NCBI RefSeq assembly: GCF_000143415.4
Contig: NW_003314305.1
Location: 26,391-90,390 of the forward strand
DNA: 64,000 bases
Origin: Selaginella moellendorffii
Lineage: Eukaryota; Plantae; Lycopodiophyta
Direction of reading: 5' to 3'
Position numbers and translations under genes: made by a program. The notes beneath the pieces were generated by a model that did no database searches, was not told the origin of the DNA, and saw nothing but the letters and a program-made list of their open reading frames with translations. This document shows positions 35,801 through 50,257 of this stretch, one piece after another. Numbering within the stretch: the first letter of the stretch is position 1; each line of letters opens with the position of its first letter.

Positions 35801-37472
35801 ACGAGTATCCCCGGTTGGAATTGGATGACGTCTGGCAATCTTGGCCCCAGATGATAAGTCAAATTGAAAGAGATCAGAATACTCCTCCCATAAGCTGGTC
35901 AACTACTGCAGCATAAAGATTGTCGGAGGTATCAGAAAAGGGAGAGCAAAACAAGATGGAAATATATGAGGAAATAGTGGGGGGACAAAAGTAATGGAAG
36001 CAGAGGTAAAAGTAGAGGGACAAAGAGGTACTGAAGTGAGAGGAATAAATAAAATATAAGGAAGTATGAGATAAGGGGGAGAAGCCTCAAAGTCACATTT
36101 GGCATGATTGCGCTGCAACTAATCCATACTAAGGATTAAGTTAAAAGCTTAACTCGACACCACCCGCAATGACTACAACCTATGCTCGAAATTGCCCATA
36201 CGCACAACCAAGTCTGCCTCATCCCGTGCACATGTATGTGTATGGCTATTGCCATAAAGAATGAAACTAGTTCCACCACACGATGCAAGTGTAGACGGCA
36301 ACGTGTGAACAACAAGTCGAGCAATAAAAGATCAACTTGAATCTGTATCAACCAACACGAAGAGAATAATAGGAGACCTCTTGTTATAAAAATGAGTTTG
36401 GAAAGTAAATATTAAATGAACTAATACCGAGTGAACCCCATGATGATACTCTTGAAAGAAATATGGAAGGGTCACTGATTTATTCGCGCAAGGTCCCTCT
36501 GTTACTCACGTGACTTCTTGTTTCCTAGATATATCTCGATGTCCAGACCTTCTACTATAGTAACACCAACAGGACATTGTTGATGCCAAGGTCTCCACCC
36601 AAGAAATGGAGGTCGCCAATCTGGAAAACACCGACAATACTGATAAGTGTGACCAACTTCATCACATGCCCAACAATGAATGTCATGGCCATGACCACGT
36701 CCTCGTCCTTGTCCTTGGACTCGAGCAACAACAACATTAACCTCTATTGGAACAGGACCATTCCTATAGGAAGTGGAACAGAAGGACATCTAGCAAGAAG
36801 TGGAAGAGGCGATATTTCATAATGTTGTGCCAAACAAAAAACATCGTCAAGGGTGGCTGGAGCAAGTGCATGCATAAGTCCGACAAGATCTTGACAACGT
36901 GCTAGCCACAACATTCCTAGTTTGATTTGCTCTGACATATTGGGCTCCGCATGAAGCAAAAGACTTCGGAAACGAATGCCAAATTGCATCACCGACTTAG
37001 ATGGCCCTTGGCGAAGACGATGCAATTGTTGGAAGGCATCATCACAATCGTCGACATGTCCAAAGGCGTGTTTGAAGATATCCGGAAGAACACTCCAATC
37101 CCCACAAGTGGCCGCGCTCAATCCATTGTACCACTACAATGCCATCCCTTTGATACACGTGGGAAATTCATGCAAATGTTGATTATCATCCCAAGAATGA
37201 TATGTGGCAATCACTATGAAGTGATCGAACCAATGGTACACATCATCCCCAGGATTCTCATGAAAGAACTCTGGCCGAATGCGAGGATTGATACCAAGAC
37301 CAAGAATAGTTGTACCACATGCCGTCAATGCTACCATTCCCAAAAACCCAAGTTTATATACAGGAGCGAATAATCCAAATTAAAACCAATCCAACGGCTA
37401 CTAAACTCCTATTACACTAATATTAATATATGGTATCATAGTTGTACACTTGGCCCACACTTGGCCCTCACA
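32860..37472 (-). mobile_element. Degenerate short-LTR Ty3/Gypsy element (gag-PR-RT-RH-INT)
   Basis: 3' LTR 32860-33022 (tgtgag...ctcaca) with adjacent PPT; truncated 5' LTR ~37341-37472; CWACDEVGHTYQYC knuckle; FCIDYRSLNEVT; ILSDNGSSF. Many stops; no TSD found. Confidence 0.88.
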
Positions 37473-37737
37473 GGGCAAAATTTTCAACGTTCTGAGACTC
37501 CACTCCATTCTAAAAATTTTGCTCCAATAGATCTAGCCTCCAACATGGCATGGTGGGCACTGTCACGTCTAGTATTTTAGTATCATCCTCATCCACTTGT
37601 TAACCTTTAGCGGACATAGCTTCCTCGAGACAATGCCTGCGTTTTCACTGGCACTGTGAGGTGATTTTATATTTCTTCCTTCCTTGCTTCTAGGGCTTTG
37701 TTTCTGGGAGCGAGAGCGAGAGAGGAGGCAAGAGGCG

Positions 37738-39488
37738 ATGCCTGGAGCGCCTGGTGATGTCGCCGAGCTTCCTCCGCGCCTGTCGATCATGCTGTTTAGG
37801 AATCGAGTCCTGCTCCCGGGAGCTGTGGTGCGCATCCGATGCACGTCGCCGACCAAGTAAGCGCTTCTTAGGCCATCGCGTAGAATTTGGGAGCTAAAAT
37901 GCGGGCGGTTTGATCGTTTTATTCCCAGCGTTAGGCTGGTCGAGCAGGAGCTGTGGCAGAAGGAAGACAGGGGATTGATTGGAGTTTTGCCTGTCAGGGA
38001 TTTGCAGCAGTCCGATCCGGCGTCTCCGCCTCCGCCTCCGCCGCCAAGCAGCAGCAGCCTCCCCCGACTCAAGGCAAGGAAAGGCCTGGGAAAGCAAAAT
38101 CAAGAGCTCGTGCAATGGCATCCCCGGTAAGAATTCCAGAATGTTTCCTGATGGGTCACGTAAGAATTTTTGTAGGGGTGTAGCAGCCCGAGCTTTGCAT
38201 CTCTCTCGTGGCATGGAAAAACCAAGTGGTCGGGTTACGTACACCGTCGTTTTAGAAGGCTGGTGTAGGTTCAGTCTCAAGGACATGAATGCTCGGGGAT
38301 AATACAACACAGCTCGCATTGGTCAGCTCGATATGACAAAAGCAGGTAGCTGATGAGGCGCAGCTGTTTTACTGCTTTGGTTTTTTTCTTGTAGAGATGG
38401 AGCAGGCGGAAAAAGATCCAGAGGTACGACAGTTCAAAGTTGTTGCTAGCGAATTGATCTCTGCTTTGGAGCAGGTATTCTATCGGTACATGTTCTCGAG
38501 TTGCTGATTGTTTGACGTCGTAGAAGCAAAGAACTGTGGGCCGCACGAAAATATTACTCGAGACAACCTCTGCCCACAGGCTTGCGGACATCTTTGTTGC
38601 AAATTTTGAGAACTTTGAAGACCGGCTAGCTATGCTAGACGCCGTCGACATAAAACAGCGACTTGTCAAAGCGACTGAAATCATAACACGCCATCTTCAG
38701 GTTCGTGCTGACTTTCGAGTTAAGCATCCAATTTAAACTCGTGTACTGTCTCTAGACAATCAAGGTAGCCGAAAAGATATCCCAGAAAGTGGAAGGAAAT
38801 CTCTCGAAGTCTCAAAAAGAGTTTCTTTTACGTCAACAGGTACTGTATTTCTTATGATCCGCAAGTTCGCTTTGTCCCTCATGCCGCTTTACAGATGAAA
38901 GCGATCAAAGAGGAGCTTGGTGATAACGATGAGGACGAAGATGATGTGGTTGCTTTGGAGAAAAAGATGCAGAATGTGGGAATGCCGGCAAACGTATGGA
39001 AGCACACACAGAGAGAGCTGAGGTAAGATATAATTGTGTGTCTATTTCAGCTGAAATCTTGCTGCTTGCCATTTCATAGGAGGTTGAGGAAACTGCAGCC
39101 TCAACAGCCAGGTTATGGATGCTCAAGAGCTTATTTGGAACTCCTTGCTGAATTACCATGGCAGATAAGTAGCGAAGAACGTGATCTAGGTCTTGTTGCA
39201 GCAAAGGAACGGTTGGATAGCGAGCATTATGGGCTGGGAAAAATCAAGAAGCGGATTATTGAGTATTTGGCTGTACGAAAAGTATGTAAGCTTTCTTCAA
39301 TCCAATCTTCTTTCCTTTCTAACTAATATTTTTTACAGTTAAAGCCCGATGCGAGCGGCCCTGTCCTCTGCTTCGTAGGTCCTCCGGGTGTAGGAAAAAC
39401 ATCCTTGGCGTCTTCAATTGCTGGAGCTTTGGGAAGGCTTTTTATCCGCATTTCATTGGGCGGAGTGAAGGATGAAGCAGACATACGA
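37738..39488 (+). pseudogene. LON2: Peroxisomal Lon protease 2 pseudogene, 5' half only
   Basis: ELPPRLSIMLFRNRVLLPGAVVRIRCTS; LVEQELWQKE; Walker A GPPGVGKT; premature TAA 38300-38302; ends abruptly at [10 protein letters not shown]. Confidence 0.88.
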
Positions 39489-40452
39489 ATCATAGAACAT
39501 CTTAGAGAAAGAATGACTCTCAGTCTAGGAATGCAAACTTTCAAGACTCAACTAACTTCCTCCTATTTACAATTTCACATAGGTTCACTTTTAACACAAA
39601 TTCTCATAACCCATAGTATGCTTAAACCTTGAACATCATGCCTATATTTCCAACATCTAACACTAACATCCGTAAAATGCAAAATGAACATTTAAAGCTT
39701 GATTACAAAGACCATATCTTCAAACATCCACATTGCACCAACACTCTTCTTCAATCATTTTCAAGATCCAATATGAAGCCAAAACACTAACACAAAAAAT
39801 GACATGAAAAATCAAGTTCCAAGGAAAATTCCTCATCACTCGAAACAACAATGCCACCTCCACTAACACAAGTGTTAGTAATGTCAATGCCTCAACTATA
39901 CACCTTCTCCATCTGACAATCTACTCCAAGTGTTAACGGATAAACCGCTGAGTTATAGCAAATGAATGTTACAACCTATTTCAGTACCTAATAAGCAAAC
40001 CCTTAAGGAACAAAAAACTAACTTGAGCTTAGCACAATGGACCATTATTGAGAATCCAATCAAAGCTACTACAATGTTACTTCGTGCAAGTAGACTAGCT
40101 TTACCATCAACCATTTTGAGGTTCATCATTGTTGAACTAAGCAACTTCGTAAACACATTGCTCATTATCACATAGATATGATATAAAAATCATAATGACT
40201 TGATCATCAATCAAGCAACACCACGAGCAATGCTAATGTCACTACTTCAAAGGTTTAAGTGAGTATCAATTCAACAAAATGCTACATAAATGCCACATCT
40301 CACCAATAGATATTACAACACCCAACACCACTAACTTTTTGTTCACAACACAAACAAGTTCATACCACTCTCTTTCTGACCAAATTCAAAACTAATCCAA
40401 CACCAAGCTACTCAAGGAGCAATAGCAAAGTTCCTTGGAAAAGAATTAAGCA

Positions 40453-41520
40453 TTGTATGTCACGAAGTGGGCCGAGGCAGAAGCTCTCACGGAAGACACA
40501 GCTGCCAAGGTTGCGACTTTTCTTTACAAGAACATCATCACGAGATTTGGCTGCCCTTTGGAGCTGGTGAGCGATAGAGGTACTCACTTTATCAATCAAG
40601 TGATCGCGACCTTGGTGGAGAAGTATGGCATCGCTCATCGTAAGTCCACTCCCTATCACCCTCGTGCTAACGGACAGGTGGAGCGCACCAATAAGATACT
40701 GTGCGACATTATCACGAAGCTTGCCAGTGCTTCTCGCACAGATTGGGATCAACGCTTGTTGGAGGCATACCGCGTTGCTTACAAGGTCACCACCAAAGCT
40801 TCACCGTTCCAGCTTGTTTATGGACAAGAAGCCATCCTACCACTCGAGCTTGAGATTCCATCTCTCCTTATGGCTGTCGAGCACAACTTGGACTGGGACA
40901 ACACTCTTCAAGCTCGACTGGACACACTTCTCCAACTCGACGAGCGTCGACTTCTCGCTTTCCAAGCTCGCGAAGCACTTCAGAAGCGCCGCAAAGTCTG
41001 GTACGATCGTCATTTGCGTGCTAAAAATTTTTCTGCTGGTGATCAGGTTCTCCTTTACGATAGCAAGCACTGGAAAAGCCTGGGAAACTATTCGCTGGCT
41101 TGGCCCATATCGCATCGTTTAAGTTTTTACCAATGGCTCGGTCCAGCTTGAAGATCTTAGTGGGAACTTGTTACCTACTCGTGTTAATGGAGCTTGCCTG
41201 CGCAAGTACCATGAGCGAGATGAAGCTGCCATGGAGCTGTGTGCTCCGGGACGGAGCCCAATAGGTGGGGGGTGATGTAGAACTGAGGGAATATTCCATT
41301 TGCCGCCACATCAGTATTAGGGTCACGACCATTGGGGACACTTAAGGGGGAAAAAACAGGGGATCAATTGTATGTGTGAGGAAGTGAAGAAGAGAATAAA
41401 GGAAAAAGGATGCCTCGATGAAGAGGTCCTCGGCGAAGCGCCCTTGATCGTGTGAACGAGCGACTTCGGATGCGACGAGAAGCAAGAGAACGAGCCACTA
41501 TGAGCATACCCTGTCCTCAC
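40453..41520 (+). mobile_element. Non-chromovirus Gypsy integrase fragment with PPT and start of 3' LTR (41276)
   Basis: YVTKWAEAEAL...RFGCPLELVSDRGTHF...PYHPRANGQVERTN; aggtggggggtga then tgtagaac; LTR end uncertain. Confidence 0.82.
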
Positions 41521-44177
41521 TGTGGGCAGCGGTTCTATTTTAGAGCAAACTCTTAGATATTCCCTGGGGTGTCTTCACTGAGTCCCTATGAGAAAAAATA
41601 GATGACTGGCTTCCTCACATAGGTTTGAAGCTTGTAAATCTAAGTGCAATCTACCATGTGAAGAGCTTTCATGCTACTAGAGTTAGTAAAAACGAAGTAC
41701 ATACCTGAAGCTGTCGTGATAACACCTGTAGTGTGCTAAGACGAGTCCTGTGAGCCATTCAATTGCTCAAGGTGGCCTGCAACCAGCTCGCATGCCGAAA
41801 TGGGATGTGCACGTACAGCTGGCCACTGCAATATTGTTCATAGAGGGCATTCTCGAATCAGAATGGTACCCTTCTTGATCATGTCGTCTTCTAGCATATG
41901 CGGTGTGATGCTGATGGGGTTACCAGACTTGTTGTATAGCAGCACTGTCTAGAGAGAAGCTAGCATCTTGGGCTGAATCTTCAATTGAGCACGCATTCGA
42001 CCATGTTGGCAGTCCAGCACATCATATTGCTTCTGAGATCTGAATCCTTTAGGCAACCTCAAGCTGAGATTTAAGCTGCTCAATTTGCATGTCCAGCATC
42101 ATAATTGTGGCTGATCTGAGGTACATGAGTCTGATTGGCACTCCTCCAAAGTAGCCAAATTGCGCCTTATCTCAGCAGCTACTGCCATTCGACTTTTAAA
42201 AACTCCATGATCTTGCCTTGCAACTTGACCTCAATCTTAGGAAGCACTGTTTATCAGCCTTGTAATGATATTCATGCATGTGAATCAACCGTGCATAATT
42301 TGTGTTTTGTAGCTTTCAGTAGAGACTTATAGCTGCAGACTTCTTCAACGTAATAGCGCAAATTGTGGCCAATTCACTCCGTGAATCTTTACTGCTTCGA
42401 TTTGCCTTTGTACGCTTGCAATCAGATCATCCATAATCTTTATATCTACTTGATCTCTGTCTAAACTCTTCCTAGTGTGCGCTCATTCTTCTTTCTTGGA
42501 TTTTGACAAAACATGTATTGGACATAGAACGATCGGCCGAGCAGACCGCCTTGCTGCAGGAGAGGACCATAAGGACTTCGACAACCATCAAAAGCAGCAC
42601 CAAGATAGAGATTATACGACCCAGTCAGGTCGGAGCCTTGTCAGTCAGAATTGGAACCCAAACCCTAACAACATCACCGAGCAACGAGATGAATCTAGCC
42701 AAGGAGCAACATAGAGAAAGCTAGAGCAGAGCTTTTGTGAGCATCAAACCTCGTGCAATGGCACGAGTACTGGGATGTGCTCAACGAGTGGACCACCCTC
42801 TCATACTTCCAATGGTTTCCACAGCTCCCGAGAACCTTGCTCTCGCTTCTCCATCCGCCATAAAAGAATACTAGGGTACCGCGAATGCAGATGGGAATCT
42901 CCGGACAAGATTGTTTCAACGACAAATGACTTGTGTCGAGTGATGAATGCAGGTGAGAAGACAACGCAAAGTGGCAAAGGAAGAAGCGGACTCCGTAAAG
43001 ACCAGAGTAGCGTCACTGAAGGTCAAAACTTCGATGTGAGTGAGTGATCTTGCTCTTTGTCAGCAGGTGATAGTAGAAGCCAAGAGAATGCAAGCTAGTA
43101 CACAGGAGCCCAAAATTACGTTCAAGTGTCCTTTCAAGTGTCTATCTAACCCTGAGGTCCTTCACTCAGGTGTGCTTGACCCCCCGTGTTCCGCGGTTGC
43201 TTGTAGCTAGAATGTCCCAATAAAAGAGGGAGAACCACCGGTTGCAAATGGTGAGTACATTTTAGTGGTTGTATCTGAAAGCAGGGAATGCCCTGCGCAT
43301 TGTGGGCAGGAAAAATATACCAACTCCTGAGGACAGATGGGAAGGGTATTTGAAGCTTTTCCTCTTCTGGGAATTAAGCTTTTGGCCGATGCCAACGGTG
43401 AACAACCTCTGTCTCTCTTTACACAGATGGAAGATAAGAAAGAAATCCTCCATACTGGCAGAATGCCTCTTGTATTGACATTTTAGAGCTGGTCTCTGGA
43501 TCCTGATATGCTTCAGGTTGGCAACGGATTATCGTTCCCATTTAAACATCTGAGTTTGCTGGGAAAACTCCTTCGAGTGTTGAGCTGATTTAAATCCTTG
43601 AAACAGGTCTGGGCAGGGCCCCTCTCTGGCAAAAGAATCATTGTAGCACTGGATTTGCAGAGAGTTTCCATCAAAGTCAATTTGACCTGGGATTGGAGTG
43701 TGACACCGTGCTCGAGATTTATGGAAAGCAAATCACGGTGGCACTAAACCTCGAGTTTACTACTCAGCATGAAAATTGGAGGACGGTTTTGGGGTCGAAA
43801 TTGATTGTCGTGACTGTAGAGCTTACATTCTCTTGGACAACGGTGATTTTTCTCGCTAGGGAAATTTTGGGATGGTAACCTTGGTCCTTACATCTAACAG
43901 ACGAGAAGCAGACTGTTGTACTGAAGAGCAAAGGTGAATTGCTTGTGAAAGGGAATACTGTGGTATCATGTGACGGTACTCTGGGGAAGTAAAACACAGA
44001 AAAGAAAGAAGAAAAAGAATACTTTTTCTCTCTTCCGCAAGTTTCGACGTTAAATACTGGAACAGTGAACAGCGCTGCAGCTTGTCACGGGCCTGTGTTC
44101 CAGCGGATGTGTAAGTATAAATACAGAGCTCTCTGATACGCTTGTCTTTCCTTCTCAGACAGGGAGAGAGAGAAGGA

Positions 44178-44676
44178 ATGACAATGGCCCTTCGGAGGCT
44201 TGTCACACTAGTGGTGGCGTTCCTTGTGGTCGATGCAAGATCAAGTGGTCGCTCCAAGTATGCTGGAGGAGGAGGAGGAGGAGGATCGAGCTCAACAATC
44301 GGGCACAAAAGCGGAGGAGATGGAGGAGGTCCAGCAGCAGCACCTGAGCCAAGCAATGGAGGATATGGCTACTACAGCACCAACATCTACGACGTCCTCT
44401 CTTTTGGAGCTAAAGGAGATGGAGTCACCGATGATACGCACGTAAGCGGCAGGCTTTTCTTCGTCTTCTTTCTCGGTTTCCTCACATTGTCTGGCCTCAG
44501 GCGTTCCTAGCAGCTTGGAACCAAGCATGCAAGGTGGAATCCTCCATGGTTGAAGTTCCTGCGAATTTTGTGTTCTTGGTGAAGCCGCTTGTCTTCTCGG
44601 GGCCATGCCAAAACAATCTCGTCTTTCAGGTCTGTTTGTTTTGAAATCCCTACAATCAGAGTGTTGTCTCTTACAA

Positions 44677-44713
<37 letters not shown>

Positions 44714-46034
44714 TCTCAGGTGGATGGCACCATCGTCGCTCCAACTAGCGCCAAGGCCTGGAACGGAACGAGCTTGCTCCAATGGATCGAGTTTGCGAGA
44801 GTTCACGGATTACTCCTCCAGGGGAGCTGCACTGGCGCGATAAATGGAAATGGCCCTGCGTGGTGGAATTCTTCTTGCAAGGCAAAGGTAAGGGACTAGA
44901 AATAAGTTCTCTGACGCCTGGCAAATGGAACTTGCAACTTGATTTCGCAGGGTCACAAGACATCCAAATCCTGTGATATCCCAACTGTAAGTTAGTTCCA
45001 ACAACTACATACATATTCTTTCAGATCTTACGCTCGGACTGCGTGATAATGTGAGTCCCCTGCCCTTGCGCAGGCTGTACGCTTCTTTGGCAGCAGCAAC
45101 GTGGTTGTGCAGCACTTGGCCATTGTCAACAGCCCCCAAACGCATCTCAAGTTCGACAGCTGCCAAGGTGTCGTCGTCAACAATGTGACCATCTCTTCTC
45201 CCTACACCAGCCCCAACACCGATGGGATTCACCTGCAGGACACACGATACGCGGCCGTGCGGAGCTCCCGGGTGTCAACTGGTAAGCAAACGGTCGAGGA
45301 GAAAGAGTTTAAGTTTTTGACAGCTCGAGATTGTGTTGTGCAGGAGACGACTGCGTTTCCATCCAAACTGGCTGCTCCAACATTGAGATATTCGACATGA
45401 TGTGTGGTCCGGGCCACGGCATAAGGTACCTTGTAGACACACAAGTTTTTCTCACACACTCGCGCTCTCTTGTCCAGCATTGGTGGGCTGGGACGAGGAG
45501 GAACCAAGGCCTGTGTATCCGACGTCTCCGTCCACGACGTTGTAGTTCACACCTCCCAGAACGGAGTCCGCATCAAGACCTGGCAGGTTCTCTCGTTTCT
45601 TGTTTCGGTTCCTTGTCATACACAAATGCTCGTGCAACCAGGGCGGGTCTGGCTCCGTGAGCAGCGTCCATTTCCACAACATCGCCGTGCTCAACGTGAG
45701 CAATCCGATCGTCATCGACCAGTTCTACTGCGACGGCCGGAGCTGCCACAACCAGACATCCGGGGTCTCCATCTCGGACGTTTCCTACAAGAACATCCGG
45801 GGCACCTACACGCAGAAGAGCAACATCCACTTTGCATGCAGCGACAGCGTCCCCTGCGTCGGCATCGTGGTGGCCAACGTCGAGCTCCTCTCCGCCAGGG
45901 GCTACGACGACATTCCAGCCTTTTGCTGGAATTCTTACGGCGAGATTTTCTCACCCACAGTCCCACAGGTGACTTGCTTGCAGCAGGGCAAGCCCAAGCT
46001 CGGTCAGGTGCAATCAAGCTACGATGGCTGCTAG
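44178..46034 (+). CDS. Polygalacturonase (GH28), multi-exon
   Basis: Signal peptide; YDVLSFGAKGDG; SPNTDGIH; GDDCVSI; CGPGHG; RIKTWQGG; (CT)n in intron ~44680-44716. Confidence 0.95.
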
Positions 46035-46887
46035 CTTTCCGTTCATTAACTTTGCTAGCTAGTGCTAGAGGTCATGCATCACACATCTCTCCACGCGAGA
46101 CTGTCACAAGGTTGCGATGCAGGATTTGTATTATAGCCGCTGGAGTGTTTGTTGTGTCCAAACAAAACTTGCGTAAGAGATACATACAAAGACGATGCGC
46201 TCCGAAATCTCTTTTGGCAAAAGTGGAAAGCCACCAAGACTTCAACTTCGGCGTGTCAGCTTTAGGTAGGCCGCAGAGCCGAGCTGCAAGAGCTGAGAAA
46301 AAGGGACGTCTCCATTCAAAACAGCAGCGCCAAGAAAATGTGCTCCTGTCATTCCCACATGGAAAGTCACCATCCAAGATAATGGATCTCATTCATCTTA
46401 GACTGGAAAAAACGAAAGAAACCATTACTACAAAATCTGATGGAGCTACAAAGGTAGAGCCACCACCAAAGGCCTGAAAAACTCTCCCTTCTCTCCAATC
46501 CAACCAACTAACGGAGATCAACACTGCCACTGATTGCCGAACACCAAACTTTCTTCTTCTGAACTTTTTACATAAAATCTGCTGCTGCTACCGCGGCTGC
46601 CGGATCTTCTTCCATGACTAGCTCATTATTTTTTACAAGCAAAAGGAAGAACGTAGAAAAAGATAAAAAAGGAAAACGAAAGGAAAAAAAAACAACCTCA
46701 ACGATAGATGGATGAGCCAGTCCTAAGGAATCTACATCAAAACCTTCGCTTGAAGAGGTGCTCATCATCTTCCTTGCCTCTCTGTGTTACCCTCACGTGT
46801 TTTACAGTTTCGTCGCTTCCTCGGAACCCATTACAATCCCTGTAACAGTCGTAACCATTAGGAACAATACAACAGAGAAAACTCGAG

Positions 46888-49716
46888 TTACAAACCGATT
46901 TCTTTGCCTGGATCGTCCGGAGTGTTCCCTTCTTCGCCGAACACTATAGGACGACATTCGTTCATCAAGCTCGAGTTCTGGAAATGAGCCACGAGAGCGG
47001 CTTTGCCTTGAATTCGAGCATAAGCTACCGATGCAACCTTCTCACTATTAAACTTTTCCCATTTCTTGCCATTAAAAGCCTGGATAACAGACAACGGTAA
47101 GCGTCGCGATCCAAGCCTGCTGTGTTGCTTACCTTATAAAACGAGACAATGTAGGAAGGCTCTATCATATTCACAAAAGCGTACCCCACATTGCACTTGT
47201 TCTGCGTTGCAGCGCAAGGTTAGTCCAGAATATCATATGACAAATCACACACCTTGAAGTCGATTGGTAAGTAGATAAAATCGTAAGTGCCCTGGTTTGC
47301 CTCATCGATCACTGCCAAGAGCATCTTCGACGTGTATCTGCAAACACGAGCCTCAGAACACAAACCACTCGTGACTCTCGAGCGTACTCACTTGTTCGGA
47401 ATATTTTTAAGCATGAGCGTCGTACGCTTGTCCTCTCCGCTGACTATACGATCCAGGTCCAGGTGAAACTGTTCTTTGTCCGCTGCGTTACTGTCGCCTC
47501 TGCGGCTTCTGTGCCGGCTGTTGAATCGGCCCACGCCGCTGGAAAGAGCGCCCTTCGACAAATCACTCTTGCGATCAGGATGACTTCTTGACCCCAGCCT
47601 CAGTGACCCTGTAAGCCCAAGGTATCCTCCAGGCGCCGATTGCCTTAAATACCCGCGCCTTCTGTCTCGTAACTTCTCACCGTAAGGTAGGCATCCTACT
47701 TGAGGGTAAGCCAGAACCGGATTGAGTAAGTGGCTCTGCAGGCTGCAACCATGAACCTTTGGATGACCATACAAATGAGCTGATGGTGGCCACAGCAACG
47801 GAGAGCTCTGCGGAGCATTGCCCCACAGGAAAGGCGAGCTTGGCGTTGTCACCAATCCTGGTCGAGGATTTACTGCCAGGCCTGAGAAACAACACAGAAT
47901 TGAGATCCACAAGAGGTGAGGAAAGAAAGGCGCTACCTCTATGCTCGTAACCAGGACTCCTATGAAGAGGCATCTCTTCCAGTCCTTCACGTGCACGTAA
48001 AGCTGACATGGCCGAGCTCTGCCGAATATGGTTCATAAGGCCGTAGTCAAAATCCGGATACGAGTGATAGCCCAGCCCAACATCACCAGCTTTTCCCATG
48101 ACGGAGGATGGTGAAGATAAACCACCCGCCAGGGAGTTCCAAGGGTGGCTAAACGACGCAAACTTCGCTTGCTGGTGAAGCTCCCTCAAAGCCTCGCTTT
48201 CACTATAGCCTGCAAATGAAGGAAAGTAAATGCTAAGAGCAAAGGAAAAAAAGATTTGTCCAACCTGTCGCGTTGAACAGATGCTGAGACTGCACGAGAG
48301 GATCATCGTTATCAACGTCATCGTTGAACTGCAATATTGAGCTGAAGGTGGGGAAGGTGAGCTTTACTAGCAGCGGATAACTTGACCAGCACTTCATACC
48401 TCGGGTCCAGTCGAGTTCGCCTGGCGAGTAGATCACGCTTATTCAGAACCCGAAGCGCAGCGCATGCAGCTCGTGAATCATAGAACTCGATGAACCTGTG
48501 TCGATGTTTAAGCGGTGTCTCGTGGACCTGCTTACAAAACAAAAACGGCCAGCTTACAAACGCCATGCTTAGCAGTATAGATGGTTTACCTCCTTGATGT
48601 CCCCATACACTCCGAAAAGTTCTTTGAGATCGTCGTTTGACACGGCGGGATCGACATTGAAAACCGCAACCATGCCAAGGCTTGTGTCGTATGGGTGACT
48701 ATCCTGCAAATTGTCCAGTCTCAGTATACAGCGAAAACAAAGATGGTAAGGTAACGCACCTTTGGAAATAAGAAGTGCATCTCCAACTTTTGGCCCCACA
48801 GCACCCGGCTCTGGAGCGCACGTATCGCGCGCTTGGCACCCCGCAAATCGTAGTAGGAGACTAAAATCAAACCTTCGGGTTTACATCCAGTGTACAGCGT
48901 ACGAATGTCACCAAAACGCTGCGCACACGAGGAAGCATTCAAGGTCAGTAAGCCCGCAGGCGGCGATAATTCCGATACTCACCTCAAAAACAGCTCTAAG
49001 CTCGTCATCCGAAACTTTACTATCTATATTCCGTACAAAAATCGTGCGCGAAGTCGGTTCTTCGGCAGAAAAGCCATCACCGTCGAGTTCAAGGCCCCCT
49101 CCGTTGCTGAAAAAGTCGAGATCCTCTGAATCCTGGGTGCTGGACGACCCCGGTGGCATATCAGTGAGAGCACCGGCCAACAACTCATCGTCGTCAGGAA
49201 GCAGACTGCCGATAGCATGCAGCTCCAGTTCTTCCAGAGGAATCTCATTGTCTTCAGGTTCCTCGTCGGCCTCCGATGAGGGCGGCTGTTGAACATCGAG
49301 CAGTCCTACTGCAAACACAGGCAAACAATGGTAAGCAGAGAATGAGCGAGGGAGGCTTACGAAAGCTTACGTTTGTTTCGGAACAAGTCAGGCAATGAAC
49401 TCGAGAAAATGTTCACGCCAATGTTGTCACCTGCCTTGTCGACGGTGGCGGCGGCAGCAACGGCAGCGGCGGCTTCCTGTGTCATCTGTGGGGAAGCAAG
49501 ACCGGATGGCACGCTCCGGTGCTCGGGCACGTCATCGCTTACCGCCCAGCTCGCGCTCTTCTCCTTGTCCTCGGACCAGTGATCCTCCGGTGGCAACTCG
49601 TCTCCCTTAGCAGGCCCCCCACGGAACCAAGACCAGCCCCCGCTCTCAGAAAACGCCATGGAAATGGATGGAGCAGCCGACGTAGCACCGCTGTGGAACG
49701 TGTTTCCCGACCCCAT
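46888..49716 (-). CDS. Mei2-like (AML) RRM RNA-binding protein, multi-exon; start codon uncertain
   Basis: SRTIFVRNID; DKRTTLMLKNIPNKYT; FIYLPIDF; AFNGKKWEKFNSEKVASVAYARIQGK. Confidence 0.93.
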
Positions 49717-50257
49717 AAGCCTCGACGAAGCTCCTCACCGTCGCCCAAAACCTTGAATGGCAAAAAAGACGAGCACGAGTATAAACCCTCTGTATGCGCG
49801 AGCTACACAGCTACATTTTGATGCGCTCGCGCGTCGCTAGCTCATCCCCTTTGGATGGAAACTACATGCAGCGAGAGAGCGAGCTGGGAAGGAGGAGCCA
49901 GAGGAAAGAAGGGACGCCTACATTCCCTTAAACCCTAATTTCCGGGAGACAAATCGGAGAGACGATCGAGGAACTTACATGGTTCGCGCAGCCACGGCGA
50001 TAGCTCCTCTTGTCCGCGCTCCGCTTTGCCGCGCGCCCCCTCTCCCGAGCACAAAAACCCTTGCCCTCGTTCGCGCTTAACGAACCATCCCTAGCTTAGC
50101 TCTCACAAACATTATACCCGTGCCGAGCATATACCGCCCCTCCCACTTAAATACTTTCCTTCGATAGACCTAATCATCATTTTGCCACATCATATAGTTT
50201 ATGTCCAATTTCCAAATGATGTTAAAATCGCATCTCTAGGGCTCTTTTATTCCAACA

